Below are positions 23,357 to 37,007 of a stretch of 64,000 nt of DNA, piece after piece. The notes below the pieces were generated by a model that did no database searches, was not told where the DNA came from, and saw nothing but the letters and a program-made list of their open reading frames with translations. The DNA comes from Raja brachyura. Its lineage: Eukaryota. The position numbers and the translations under genes were made by a program. The DNA lies in NCBI GenBank assembly GCA_963514005.1, contig OY740804.1:30690001-30754000 (forward strand), written 5' to 3'. How positions within the stretch are numbered: the first letter of the stretch is position 1; every line of letters begins with the position of its first letter.

Positions 23357-23580
23357 GTGTAGGAAAGGAACTGCAGATGCTGGTTTACACTGAAAATAGA
23401 CACAAATGTTGGAGTAACTCAGCGGGGCAGGCAGCATCTCTGGAGAGAACGGATGGGTGACATTTCGGGTCGAGACCCTTCTTCGGACTGAGAGTCAGGG
23501 GAGAGTGTGTCTGGGGATATGGAAGGGTATGGTGTGAAGCTTAAGTTTTCACGCCTTACCCTTCCATATCTCAAGATTTG
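23357..23580 (-). mobile_element. Penelope-derived terminal repeat with short inverted tail
   Basis: TGTAGGAAAGGAACTGCAGATGCTGG...GGTGACATTTCGGGTCGAGACCCTTCTTCGGACT unit. GATATGGAAGGGTA and TACCCTTCCATATC form an inverted pair. Confidence 0.8.
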
Positions 23581-23784
23581 TGTCATTTAACCATATTATT
23601 GCTCCTTGCCTCTCTTCGCTCCTCTCTGCAGTAAATAAATCTGCCCGCTGCCTGCCAAATATCCCACTCTAGTATATTACTCAACACCTTTATGTTTTGG
23701 TCCTATAGGTATAGTGGTATCTATGGATTCTGAAATTTTATCCTGCACACACATTTTGAAGTATTCATCAAAGGAGTTATTGAA

Positions 23785-24080
23785 GTTTAATTTAGTTTAG
23801 AGATACAGCACAGAAACAGGTCCTTCGGCTCACCGAGTCCGCGCCGGCCAGCAATCCCCACAGGCTAGCACTATTCTACACATTAGGGAAAATGTACAAT
23901 TTTACCAATTATCCCACAAACCTGTCGGTCTTTGGAGTGTGGAAGGAAACCAGAGCACCCGGAGTAAACCCACGCAGTCATGGGGAGAACGTTCAATCTC
24001 CGTACAGACAGCACCCATAGTCAAGATCAAACCCGGGTCTCTATCCAGTGCTGCGGCAGCAACTCTACACCATGCCGCCC
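23785..24080 (-). mobile_element. V-SINE (HE1-like)
   Basis: Reverse-complement match to the other copies, with a (CTAAA)n tail. Confidence 0.85.
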
Positions 24081-25343
24081 TGCACAAGGAGCGGGCTGCT
24101 GGAACTAAGAGCTTCATTGTTCTGTTTCGGTACATATGACAATTAAGCACAATTGTACAATGACAATGTTTTCTGAATAATGAAAAGGTAAATTATGAAC
24201 CACAAATGGTTTTAACCCAGCAACTCCTCTTCTGATGCCAAAGTACAAAATGTGAGCATAAAATTTATTTTTTAAGCAGAAAAAGAATGCCCTCAAATCC
24301 ACCACAATCAAATCTCCTAAAACAATCATTTCCAGATGTGAGTACATTGCAATAAGCTTCAGGATTGTGCATCGGGGACTGGGCCAAGCGTAATAAATTG
24401 AGGCATACACCAACAGAGTTAGCAGCTGCAAGATCTGTTCCCTGTGCAGGCTTTACGCTGCAATGCATAGATAGGTCACTGCAAATCGGTCTTTGTAAGT
24501 TAACAACAATTTTTAAATATGTCTTTGCAGCATATACACGAAAAAAACTGTTTGCAATTAGCTGTCCAATGGTTATTTCCTTAAACTTACAACACTGTAA
24601 GTGTTTGTTTCCTAAACTAACATATAATAGTCACTAGCCAAATTGACTGTGGAAATATCAGAAGGGAAACTAACCAGAAAATTCAGTCAGATTATTCTGA
24701 ATAATCTTTTTCATTCTGATTGAGTCTGAGGAAGGGTCTCGACCTGAAACATCACCAATCCGTGTTCTCTGGAGATGGTACCTGACCTGCTGAGATAGTC
24801 CAGCAGTGTGGGTCCCTTCGAAATGATTCATTACGCTGCTCCAATGTAATTATTATTATATTGATCATCGAGAATGGCGGGGGGTGGTTGAAGGGATGAG
24901 ACAAGGAAAATGCGTTTCGCTTACAACAAATTCATGGCAACAATGAAGTTGAGCTTATTCATTCGAGATGGTCACGTCCCACCCACACTGTTCCCATTTC
25001 CATCATATTACACAAAGATGAGGGTATTTCTAAAGTATTTTGGAACAGTTCATAAATTCTGTTATCAAAGCAGTCTTGCGTTGGTCACTTTGGGTATGGA
25101 ATGTGTAATGGGTGGGATTGAAAAAGAGGGAAAAATAAGTTGGGGGAAGAGCAGCAGAAAATGGAGGGCTTGTGAAAGGATGCTGGGAGAGACAAAGGTA
25201 CCTGAGGGGAAAGGAAATGAATAAAGAAACCCAGGAGAAAGTAGAGATATATTTATTCTACATGACCATACATTGTGAAGTATCAGGGCTTGGCATGATG
25301 TGTCCTTCTATGTGTTCATAGAAAGTTACTATAACTTGTCTGC

Positions 25344-25667
25344 TTAGTTTAGTTTAGTTTAATTTAGTTTAGAGATACAGCATGGAAACAGGCCCTTCGG
25401 CCCACCAAGTCCCCACCGACCAGCGATCACTGCACACTAACACTACCCTACGCACGCTAGGGACAATTTTACATTTATACCAAGCCAATTAACCTACAAA
25501 CCCATGCGTCTTTGGAGCGTGGGAGGAAACTGGAAATCTCGGAGAAAACGCACGCAGGTCACGGGGAGAACGCAGAAACTCCGTACAGACAGCACCTGTA
25601 GTCAGGATCCAACCCGGGTCTCTGGCGCTGTAAGGCAGTAGTTCTACCGCTACGCTACCGTGCCGCC
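25344..25667 (-). mobile_element. V-SINE (HE1-like), full length
   Basis: GGCGGCACGGTAGCGTAGCGG head, B-box, V-domain and (CTAAA)n tail on the minus strand. Confidence 0.88.
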
Positions 25668-27699
25668 TGCCATGTCTACTGATGGATACAACCTGGTTTC
25701 CACTGTGAGAGAAGACCTTTGAAGGTCAAACACAGTTTAACACATGGGGCCTGCCATTGGCAGCACTTAAGTAACCAACTCATCAGATTGTGATTTTTGT
25801 CCAGCTATGATACAGAATTCCACTTAACTTGACTTTAGAGGATCTAAACTTTGCACCAGCTCTGCCTTTCCATAGTAATGTGATTACTTTTTCTTCTTAA
25901 AGAGCTGTACCTATATCTCCCAATCCTATTAACACAGAGGTCTCGATCAAAGATAGACACAAAATGCTGGAGTAACTCAGCGGGTCGGGCAGCTTCTCTA
26001 GAGAAAATGAATAGGTGATGTTTTGGGTTGGAACACTCCTTCAGATGGGTTTGTCTATCTTTGAGGTCTCGATCAATCTCTGCATTGAATATTGCCATTG
26101 AGTATCTACAGCTTCTGGGATGTAAAATTCCAAAGCACCACAACCCCATCAATAAAGAAATGACATCTGATTTCTGACATGAATAGTCAGGTCTTTATTC
26201 AGTCACCAAGATCATTGTACTGGATTTGACAGCCAGGAATCCTAGTATCTCAACACCTTTCTTGTCATCTTGCAAGATCTAAGCAAACATAAAAAGATAG
26301 ATCTACTCTTGTTCACTATATCCTCTTTGCACAATTCCATCATCCCAAGCTATTGGTCCTAGGATTCAGACTATCGACCCGTCTGAAGAAAGGTCCCAAC
26401 CCAAAACGTCACCGATCCATGTACTCCAGAGATGCTGCCTGACCCGCTGAGTTACTCCAGCACTTGGCCTCCTTTCATCAAACCTTTATTACATTCCATT
26501 CCTTTCTTGCATTGGAGATTAGAACTGTCCTTGGTCCCCTAGTACAGGAACAAGCAAAGCTCTATAGAATAATAGTAAGACCTAATTCCTGTACTTCAAA
26601 CTTTTTGTTGAAAATTAGCAAAATATTTATTTTCCTAATTGCCTGACACACCTAAATGTCCACAATCCAGAATTTGTGAACACAGACACTGAGAAATAAC
26701 ACTTCCTTATTTCTCCGCAGCTAAAAAAACCTTCCAATACTCTGTTAGTTAGAACATGGGTGTGGGGGGGGGGGGGGGGGGGAAATAAAAGTATCAAATC
26801 TATCTAATCTAATCTAGAATATGCCAACCAAGAAATAACCTGCTCATTTTTCTGACCATTGATCTATCCCCATTCCAAATCATTAGTCACGTCACTTCAT
26901 ACCAATTCCATTGCGGTAACTTGATGAAATAACGCAAATTACGTTTCCTCACAGAAAAAAAAGTATCATTTAAGGGTGTGTAAGAAAATAATTTTACCAT
27001 TTAGCTCTCCAAACACCGATAGCAAGCTGTGAAAATAAGTGAAACAAAGGTTCAGGAAAAGAAGAGTGGAAAGAAAGATAATGAGCATGATATAGCTTTC
27101 CAAAGGCAAAGGCAATTAAAAAAAGAGGAGAATGATCAATGTGAACAAATGGCAAAATAGATACAAAATATTCTGACTGGGAGTGCAGCAAAAGCTACCA
27201 ATCATGGCTAAAATTACAATTTTAGGATGTATTACAATGGTCAATGCTTGACAAAGACATAAAGTGCTGGAGTAACTCAGTGGGTCAGGCATTGTCTCTG
27301 GAGAAAGTGGATATGTCACGTTTTGCATCGGGACCCTTCTTCAGACTGAGTACAGGGTGGAGCAGGAAAGAAAGCTTGAAGAGAGAAGGTGATGGACAAA
27401 TCACGGCTGGCAACAGATGACGCCAGGCGAGGGAGTTCCCTGATAGGTAGATTGTTGGACGAAGGCTAGAGATTGAAGCAGCTGTGAGCCCAAAATGGGA
27501 TAGATAGTTGCGTACTATGACGCTAGTTGAAGGTCTTTTGGTGGAAGGGTTGGGGAGAAACCGGTGCAAGGTCAGCCAGGGTTCAGAAGAAGGGAGCGGC
27601 AGAAAGATGGATCTTCTCCAAGGTCAGCAGTGATTGTCAAATCTGCCAACTTCGAGAACCTCTAAATTCAAACAACATACATTTGCAAAGTTCTGTAAC

Positions 27700-30600
27700 G
27701 CCTGGACACCAAGAAGGGAAAGAAAGCTCACAAAGGGATAGGAGAGTATGGCCAAGTGTAATAGGGATCGATGTGAAAGGGGCCACTTGTCAACATAATT
27801 GTATAAGGAGTAAGAGTGTTGTAAAAACAAGTCTGAAGGCTTTGTGTCTCAATGCGAGGAGCATTCGTAATAAGGTGGATGAGTTGAAGGTGCAGATAGC
27901 GATTAATGACTATGCTATAGTTGGGATCACGGAGACATGGCTCCAGGATGACCAAGGCTGGGAGCTGAACATCCAGGGATATTCAATATTCAGGAGGGAT
28001 AGATGAAAAGGAAAAGGAGGTGGGGTAGCGTTGCTGGTGAGAGAGGAGATTAATGCAATAGAAAGGAAGGACATTAGCGTGGAGGATGTGGAATCGATAA
28101 GGGTAGAGCTGCGAAACTCTAAGGGGCAGAAAACGCTAGTGGGAGCTGTGTACAGGCCACCTAACAGTAGTATTGGAGTTGGGGATGGCATCAAACAGGA
28201 AATTAGAAATGCGTGCAACAAGGGTAACACAGTTATAATGGGTGACTTCAATCTGCATGTAGATTGGGTGAATCAAATTGGCAGGGGTGCTGAGGAAGAG
28301 GATTTCCTGGAATGTATGCGGGATAGTTTTCTCAACCAACATGTGGAGGAACCAACGAGAGAGCAGGCTATTCTAGACTGGGTATTGAGTAATGAGGAAG
28401 GGTTAGTTAGCAGTCTTGTTGTGCGTGGCCCCTTGGGCAAGAGTGACCATAATATGGTTGAGTTCTTCATTAGGATGGAGAGTGACAAAATTAAGTCAGA
28501 AACAAGGGTTCTGAACTTGAACAAAGGTAACTTTGAAGGTATGAGATGTGAATTGGCCAAGATAGACTGGCAGGTGATTCTTAAAGGGTTGACAGTGGAT
28601 GTGCAATGGAAGGTATTTAAAGACTGCATGGATGAAGTACAAAAGTTGTTCATACCAGTTTGGCAAAAGAATCAATCGGGGAAGGTGGTGCATCCATGGA
28701 TAACAAGGGAAATCAGGGATAGTATAAAAACAAAAGATGAGGCATACAAATTTGCCAGAAAAAGCAGCCTACCGGAGGACTGGGAGAAATTCAGAATCCA
28801 GCAGAGGAGGACAAAGGGCTTAATTAGGAAAGGGAAAATAGATTATGAAAGGAAACTGGCAGGGAAAATAAAAACTGACTGCAAAAGTTTTTATAGATAT
28901 GTGAAGAGAAAGAGACTAGTTAAAACAAATGTTGGTCCCTTGCAGTCAGAAACAGGTGAATTGATCATGGGGAACAAGAACATGGCAGACCAATTGAATA
29001 ACTACTTTGGTTCTGTCTTCACTAAGGAAGACATAAATAATCTGCCGGAAATAGCAGTGGAACGGGGGTCAAATAAGATGGAGGAACTGAGTGAAATCCA
29101 GGTTAGCCGGGAGGTGGTGTTGGGTAAATTGAATGGATTGAAGGCCGATAAATCCCCAGGGCCAGATAGTCTGCATCCCAGAGTACTCAAGGAGGTAGCC
29201 ACAGAAATAGTGGATGCATTAGTGATAATTTTTCAAAATTCCTTAGATTCTGGAGTAGTTCCTGAGGATTGGAGGGTAGCTAATGTAACCCCACTTTTTA
29301 AAAAAGGAGGGAGAGAGAAAGCGGGGAATTACAGACCAGTTAGTCTAACATCGGTAGTGGGGAAACTGCTAGAGTCAGTTATTAAAGATGGGATAGCAGC
29401 GCATTTGGAAAGTGGTGAAATCATTGGACAAAGTCAGCATGGATTTACGAAAGGTAAATCATGTCTGACAAATCTGATAGAATTTTTCGAGGATGTAACT
29501 AGTAGAGTGGATAAGGGAGAACCAGTGGTTGTGTTATATCTAGACTTTCAGAAGGCTTTCGACAAGGTCCCGCATAAGAGATTAGCATACAAACTTAAAG
29601 CACACGGTATTGGGGGTTCAGTATTGATGTGGATAGAGAACTGGCTAGCAGACAGGAGGCAAAGGGTAGGAGTAAACGGGTCCTTTTCAGAATGGCAGGC
29701 AATGACTAGTGGGGTGCCGCAAGGCTCAGTGCTGGGACCCCAGCTATTTACAATATATATTAATGATTTGGACGACGGAATTCAATGCAACATCTCCAAA
29801 TTTGCAGATGATACCAAGCTGGGGGGTATAGTTAGGTGTGAGGAGGATGCGTGGAGGCTGAAGGGTGATTTGGATAGGCTGAGTGAATGGGCAGATGCAT
29901 GGCAGATGCAGTATAATGTGGATAAATGTGAGGTTATCCACTTTGGTGGCAAAAATATGAGGGTAGACTATTATCTGAATGGTGGCAGATTAGGAAAGGG
30001 GGAGATGCAACGAGACCTGGGTGTCATGGTACACCAGTCATTGAAAGTAGGCATGCAGGTGCAGCAGGCAGTGAAGAAAGCAAATGGTATGTTAGCATTC
30101 ATAGCGAAAGGATTTGAGTATAGGAGCAGGGAGGTTCTACTGCAGTTGTACAGGGTTTTGGTGAGGCCACACCTGGAGTATTGCGTACAGTTTTGGTCTC
30201 CAAATCTGAGGAAAGACATCCTTGCCATAGAGGGGGTACAGAGAAGATTCACCAGACTGATTCCTGGGATGTCAGGACTTTCATATGAGGAAAGATTGGG
30301 TAGACTCGGCTTGTACTCGCTGGAATTTAGAAGATTGAGGGGGGATCTTATAGAAACTTACAAAATTCTTAAGGGGTTGGACAAGCTAGATGCTGGAAGA
30401 TTGTTCCCGATGTTGGGGGAGTCCAGAACAAGGGGTCACAGTCTAAGGATAAGGGGGAATTCCGTTAGGACCGAAATGAGGAAAACATTCTTTACACAGA
30501 GAGTGGTGAGTCTCTGGAATTCTCTGCCACAGAAGGTAGTTGAGGCCAGTTCATTGGCTATATTTAAGAGGGCGTTAGATGTGGCACTTGTGGCTAAAGG

Positions 30601-30740
30601 GATCAGGGGGTATGGAGAGAAGGCAGGTACGGGATACTGAGTTGGATGATCAGCCATGATCACATTGAATGGCGGTGCAGGCTCGAAGGGCCGAATGGCC
30701 TACTCCTGCACCTATTTTCTATGTTTCTATGTTTCTATGT
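27700..30740 (+). mobile_element. CR1-clade LINE (HER1-like), 5'-truncated just upstream of ORF2, young copy
   Basis: Complete EN+RT ORF2, 3' UTR stem GGTGCAGG...CCTGCACC and terminal (TTCTATGT)n microsatellite. The 5' boundary is approximate. Confidence 0.95.
27818..30640 (+). pseudogene. CR1 ORF2 (AP endonuclease + reverse transcriptase) broken by one in-frame TGA at 28004-28006
   Basis: ORFs 27527-28006 and 28031-30640 are in the same frame. EN motifs NARS, ETW, GGGV, YRPP, GDFN, SDH. RT motifs YRPVSL, QHGF, DFQKAFD, GVPQGSVLGP, FADD. Start position approximate. Confidence 0.92.
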
Positions 30741-31809
30741 AATAGAGTCAGCAGAAGGATGAATCTTCTACAAAATCAGCAGTGATTGTCAAATCTGCCA
30801 ACTTTCACAGCCTCTAATCTCAAACAACATACAAACAATTGCAAAGTTTTGCTGAAGAAAATGTCAGGTTCAGGCTTGTGATCTGCAAGAGACAGCAACC
30901 AACCATGAATTACTGGGATGAAGTTGGCAACTTACAAAAAGCCTGGTAGTATTCTTTCTAACCTGTCTTTTCAAGACAGGCTTCCTTGACATAAGGCCCT
31001 GAGGCAAGTGAGGTCCAACACATTTCAGCCGGCAGATTTGGTCCCCAGGAGAGTTGAGATCCTGGATTGAAAAGAAAGCTGCAAGAAATCTGCAGTGATA
31101 ATGTAGTTGGATATATATTACCCCAATGCAAGTATTAAGTCAAATGCGTTTGCTGTCCATAGATGATTCCTCATTTCAATGCTCAGAACTGTGAAATCAA
31201 TGCAGTGAGTTCACTGAGTATTCCCTCCTGATTAGTGGTGGAGATCATTAAGAGGCTGCCAGAGAACAGTAATTGGGCATGGTTTTAAGAGAATAGATGA
31301 GCTAATCAATAGCATTAGATGAACTATGGTGACCAGAGGTAGCTGCAAACACTAGAGCGGGCCTGCTGGGCCAAACGTCCTGTTTTAGTGCAGTATATTG
31401 CACAAATAAGTCGCACATGTAAATATTGCATAACAGTACCTTTTCTTTTTTTGTAATCCTTTTGCAAGACATAATTACACAGTGGGTAATAGATTACCGG
31501 TACTGCTGGTGATTTTTGTTTTATAACCATAGTAAAAGATTTTTTGCCACGGTTGAAAGAAGAATAAAAACCTCAGTTCTAAAATTTACAGCTGAGGGAC
31601 TTAAAATGCGTTTTCAAAGATTTTGCCCAACAGACCAGTCCTTTATAATCAATGCTCTATCAATAGGATATGTCAAGGATAAATCTCAGCCACTGAAATT
31701 ACATTCTTGGTGCTTTGTGGCTGCGTAACGATGAAGCAGGTAGTGCTGCTGTTTCACAGCAAAGGCACCTTGAGCTCGACCCTGACCCCAGTTTGACCCG
31801 TGTGAAGAT

Positions 31810-32122
31810 TAATTGATCACCCAGAGCAGGTGAATCGAGGTGCAGAGGAAATAGGTTTAAGGTGAAGGAAAAAATATTTAATAGGAATCTGAGGAGCATC
31901 TTTTTCACACAAAGGGTGGTGGGTGTATGGAACAAGCTGTCAGAGGAGGTAGTTGTGGCAGGGACTATCCCAACGTTTAAGAAACAGTTAGACAGGTACA
32001 TGGATAGGACAGTCTTGGAGGGATATGGACCAAAAGCAGGCAGGTGGGACTAGTGTAGCTGGGACATGTTGAACGGTGTGAGCTTTGGGTCGAAGGGCCC
32101 ATTTCCACACTCTATGACTCTA
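31810..32122 (+). mobile_element. CR1 3' fragment (second subfamily)
   Basis: FNRNLRSIFFTQRVVGVWNKL.EEVV.AGTI.TFKKQLDRYMDR, plus tail. Confidence 0.85.
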
Positions 32123-32534
32123 TAATTGATGTAAAAATACAGAATGGAAATAGGCCCTTTGGCCTACCGAGTCCACACCGACCATTGATCACCAGTTCAC
32201 ATTCGTTCGATGTTGTCGCACGTTTTCATCTACTACCTGCACACTCAGGGCAATTTACCTGCAACTCTGCACATCTTTGGGATGCGAGAGGAAAGTGGAG
32301 CACCCGGAGGAAACCCACGCGATCAGAGGGGGAACATGCTAACTCCGCACAGACAGCAGCTGTAGGTGGTGGGAGGAGAGGGGGTAGGAGAATTGGGCAG
32401 GTTGTTTGAGAATACACATGAGAATTGGTTACAGAGTACAGGAGACCCCTGTGTTACAGCAGTTCAGGTAACAAAAACTCACCCTTTCAAAAGATCTGAG
32501 ATACAAATTAAAAATTCCTCTCACAAAATTCATG

Positions 32535-32590
32535 AGAATAAATCCATAAATAAATTGATAGATAAATAAATAAATAGATAAATAAATAAA
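32535..32590. repeat. (TAAA/TAGA)n microsatellite
   Basis: Direct inspection. Confidence 0.85.
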
Positions 32591-32950
32591 CAGGCAGGAA
32601 TTGGATAGGCAGGATTTTTCTTTGAATATCATAGACGCGATGAGCAACATGGCATCTTTTTATGTTTTAAGGAGATATGAAGTTGTAAGAACCTCAAGCA
32701 AATTATTCCTCTGCCTCGATTTATCGCTGTGTTGTGGATGTTGTGAGCCAACTGTCTCAGCCTCGGGGCATGTTGCAGGAGTCGCTCAGGCCTCTGTCCT
32801 AGTCCCATCTATCACAAAGAGATGGGATCACACCTGTCTCTTCATCCCTGGCCTCTTTAAAAAAATCAAACAGCACAGAGGAGAAAGGGAAATATATTAT
32901 CTTTATCAAAATTACATAAAATGTCATTCGAAAGTTTGATGGGATGGAAT

Positions 32951-33850
32951 TCCCATTGGAGAAAACGTCAGACTTAGACACAGCAACCACTTTGCCGAAC
33001 ACTTGCACTCGGTCCATCAATGTCTACCGGGTCTCCCGGTTGCTAGCCATTTTGACTCCCTATCTCAGACTAACCTCTCTGTCCTGGGCCTCTTCCATTG
33101 CCAGAGTGAGGCCACATGCAAACTGGAGGAACATCACCTCATATTCCACTTGGGTGGTTAACAACCCAATGATATAAACATTGACTTCTCAAATTTGAGG
33201 TAACCTCTAAAGGACCTGTCTCACTTTGGCGACTCTTCAGGCGGCTGCCAGGGATTGGTTTTAAAGGAATTCATCGACGACACCTGGTGACAATCTACGA
33301 CAGCACCTACGACAACATCTACATCAACCTACAACAACCTGCGACAATCTACAACAGCAAAAATTGTCGCCACTGCCGCCAAATATCTTTCAACACGTTG
33401 AAAATTTTGCGGCAGTCGCCTGTCGTCGCCTAAGTAGGTCAGGCCCTTAACAACCCCTCTCTCTCTCTCTCTCCCCTTCATTCCTCCCCAACACCCCCCT
33501 TTCTTTCACCACCCCTCCCCTGTGCCCCACCTGGACTCACATCTATTATTCACCCCATCCCCCTCCACCTACATTCCTTCCTCTGGCTTCACAATTTGCA
33601 ACTCTTAAATTCTTTTGTCTCACATCTGTTTTTTTTTTCATTTCTGGCCTTTGTCCAATCATATGCCTATCTAAAAAAAAACACTGGCCTGTGTTCACCT
33701 ATTTCCTGCCACGCTTTATCCTTCCCCTCCTCTTTTCTAGCTTTCTCCCCAACCCCTACAATCAGTCTAAAGAAGGGTCCCACCCCAAAATGTCATCCAT
33801 CCATGTTCTCCAGGGATGCTGCCTGACCATCTGAGTTACTCTAGTACTTT
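32951..33850 (+). mobile_element. Penelope-like element 3' part: decayed GIY-YIG endonuclease C-terminus plus 3' UTR/pseudo-LTR (split by a MITE at 33211-33447)
   Basis: IGE...HFAEHLHSV....PVASHFDS....LSVLGLFHCQSEATCKLEEHHLIFHLG.*QPNDINIDFSNLR*. The sequence continues into a decayed hammerhead-bearing repeat at about 33763-33797 and is followed by an inverted copy. A similar piece (SLQPNGMNVESSNFK) lies at 35150-35340. Confidence 0.85.
33211..33447. mobile_element. PIF/Harbinger-type MITE
   Basis: TAA|AGGACCTGTCTCAC ... GTAGGTCAGGCCCT|TAA; inserted into the Penelope fragment. Confidence 0.75.
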
Positions 33851-35849
33851 AAAGGACACCAAATGCTGGAGTAACTCTACAGGGTCAGGCAGCATCTCTG
33901 GAGAAGATAGGTTACGTTTTGGGTTGAGACTCTCCTTCAGACTGTATTAACCAGCATCTGTGTTTCCTTGATTCTACCCCAGTACTTTGTGTCTGCTTTT
34001 GTAAACCAGCATCTGCAGTTCCTTGTTTCTATGTTGCAGCAATTTTTTAATGTTAGTTTCAGAGTTTGTTGTCTATTAAAGTCAATGCAGGAAGTTAATG
34101 GGAATAACAGTGTAACCAACTATTAAATGCCATGATAAATATAATGGCAATTTCTCTATCATAGGAAAGGAATAATTTAAACAAGAGACACTCTCTTCCT
34201 TTACATGATTTCACTAATTCACCCTCTGTAGTTGTCCTTCCGTTTTTTTTCTCAGATTTCATTGTTGGCCCTGCTGTTAACCAAGGTCTCAGATGTCCTA
34301 TTTCACACAGTTCCAACAAACGAGTGTAAAAGTAATTCTCAGCTGAAGGATGCACAAAGTGTAACAGGAGATGACTTGCTCCAACACGAAACTGTCCAAG
34401 ACACCACCAATGGAAATTCACTCACAGTCGAGCTCACAAAATGTGTAGGAAAGAGGAGAAATGTGCAGAGGCTGGTTTAAATCAAAGGTAGACACAAAAT
34501 GCTGGAGTAACTCAGCAGGACTGACAGTATCTCTGGAGAGAAAGAAGGGGTGATGTTTCGGGTCGAGACCCCTCTTCAGACTGAAAGGATGCTGCCTGTC
34601 TCGCTGAGTTACTCCAGCATTTCGTGTCTACCTTAGAGTTAAGCTCACCCCTGATGTTCAAATGTCATAGAAATACAATTGCACATTTTATTCAATCAGT
34701 TTTACTGAGCAATATATGACATCTAATAAATTGAGATTAAAAACACACTGTGATCATTAAAATGAGGTGGTCTTGACTGGTTCATTATCACCTTGTACAC
34801 AATTGCACATGCTCTTAAGCTACGTTGTTCTGTGAAATGAAATACAAGCTTTCTTAAAGCAAATACCATAAGATAACATTTGAATAGCATGAAAGCAGAG
34901 ATTTCAGAGTGCATGGTGTACATAATATGGCTTCAGACAGATAGGGATTTTTACAAGGAAATTGATCTTTCCTCTACTGGTTAAACTTGGAACTAGGAAT
35001 CACTGCTTAAAATTAAATGATTTGACAAATATGAGATGAAATTATCCTCGCAGAGAATCATGATTTTTTGGAATTTATATTGCTGAGACAGAAGAGGGTA
35101 GTTACTTCATAAGCAAGGGGTTGAAAATGTACTATGGGTAGATATGAATGTAGCTTACAACCCAATGGTATGAACGTTGAATCCTCCAATTTTAAGCAAC
35201 CCCTAACAAACCCTTCCCTCCCCTTTCTCCACCACCCTTTCCCCTATGCCCCACCTGGACTGCCACTTATTTATCCCCTCCCCCTCCCTCCACATTCCTT
35301 CCTTGGCTTCACAAATTGGAACACTTCCATTTTTTTTGTCTCATACAGAGGCCAATTAACCTACAGACTTTCACGTCTTTGGGATCTGGGAGAAAACCCA
35401 TACACTCAAAGGGAGAACATGCAAATTCCACACAGATAGCACACAAGGTCAGGATCGAACTCGGGTCTCTCGAGCTGTGAGGCAGTGGCTCTCTCAGCTG
35501 CATAACTATGTTGCTTTAATTCATGCATTTGTATACATAATGCCATAACGGAGAATGTGTTGATGACTGTATCCACCAGTTACCGTTATCTTTCTCAATC
35601 GTAGTGGCTGCTGGTTTAGGAGTTACTGTTGGAGTCGATTTGATATGTAACTGCAGTGCATTTTACACTCTACAACATGATACATTGGTCATAGAGTGAA
35701 TGTGACTGCACCAAGCAAGCAGGCTGCTTTGTCCTATATGACACCATGATTTGAGTGTTGACGGAGCTCCTTTCATCGAGACATGACATCACACTGCTGA
35801 TTTTGGGATGTCAAGAATTGGGTCACTCATTTTGATCTTTCATGTGGGA

Positions 35850-36150
35850 TTTACTCCCACTTGGAAGAGAATGGTTTAATACGGGATAGTCAGCACGGCG
35901 TTGTATATGACAGTGTCTTACTAACTTGATTGAGTTTTTGAGGAGGTGGCAAAGGAGAATCATGAAGGTTGGACAGTGGATGTTGTAAACATGGATTTTA
36001 ATTAGGCTTTTGATAAGGTCCCTCACAGTAGGCTAATACATAAGATTAAGATGTATGGTATTCATGATGACTTGGTCATATGGATTCGGAACCGGTTTAT
36101 CCAAAGAACCCGTTCCTGTGCTATACTGTTCTGTTTTATGTTCTATGCTT
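35850..36150 (+). mobile_element. Old CR1 RT fragment joined to a CR1 tail
   Basis: Decayed QHG..CLTNLIEF..VDVV.MDF..AFDKVPH motifs. Confidence 0.7.
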
Positions 36151-37007
36151 CTTAAAACTCGGTAGACTTTCAATTGGATACCTCTTCAGTGTCTTTAGCT
36201 CAAAGAAGACATCAACAGCCGAGCCAGTCTTGCCTTATCACTGTATTTCTCCTGTCCTCTAAATATTTTTGCCCACCTCCTCTGCATTCTTTGTCGAGCT
36301 GCTACATCTTTTCCAAGAACATGGTGACCAGAACTGTACACAGTATTCTTGGCCCAACGAGCATGTTGTTTTGTTCAAGCACGGCCAGAGTCATCTGCAG
36401 AACTTGCATAACTGCCCAGATCATTACAGGAAAATCTATTAGGAGTATCTCTTCCTTCCTGCGTCACGCCAAGACTTAAAATATTTAGCCTGATCAAAAT
36501 TACGATGGACTGAATCATGCCGTCTATTTCTAAACTTGAACAAGAACTATTTTTGTTGAATGAAGCATTACGCAGGTGAGGATAGTGCAATTATAGCATA
36601 CTGCTTACTTCCCCATGGTGTACGAATATGACAGAACTGTTTTTTTGACTGGGATTAGGCTGGAGCCCAATTATCTCTGCAGCACTTACACTGAATTTTC
36701 TCACAGTATTCTTAATCACTCCAAGTAAAATAGTAATGATGAAAACATTTGAAGTTTTCATTTAATATCGAGTTGTTGGATCAACAATGTTATTATTTTT
36801 CTCCAGTTGTGGGTAACAGCGACATTAATCTTTTTTTTAATAATTGATTTTACAGAGTTCATTTTCCATGTTCACAGGACATCCTAACATTCTCAACAGC
36901 TGAACGAGTGCTTCTGAAATGAACTTTATTTATTTTTGGTTCAAGCAAATAGCAAAATCCCACAAATCACCAAATCAATATGAATAGTCATATCTGTTTT
37001 TGCTGAA

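Noticed and set aside
27527-27817. N-terminal part of the 159-aa ORF as LINE protein
   Set aside because: It runs through flanking DNA and the duplicated 100-bp unit; only the part from about KTSLKALCLNARS is endonuclease.
34232-34480. 82-aa ORF with an acceptor-like TTTTTTTTCTCAG, as a possible host exon
   Set aside because: No recognisable protein similarity and no convincing donor; it runs into a Penelope repeat. RNA-seq would be needed.
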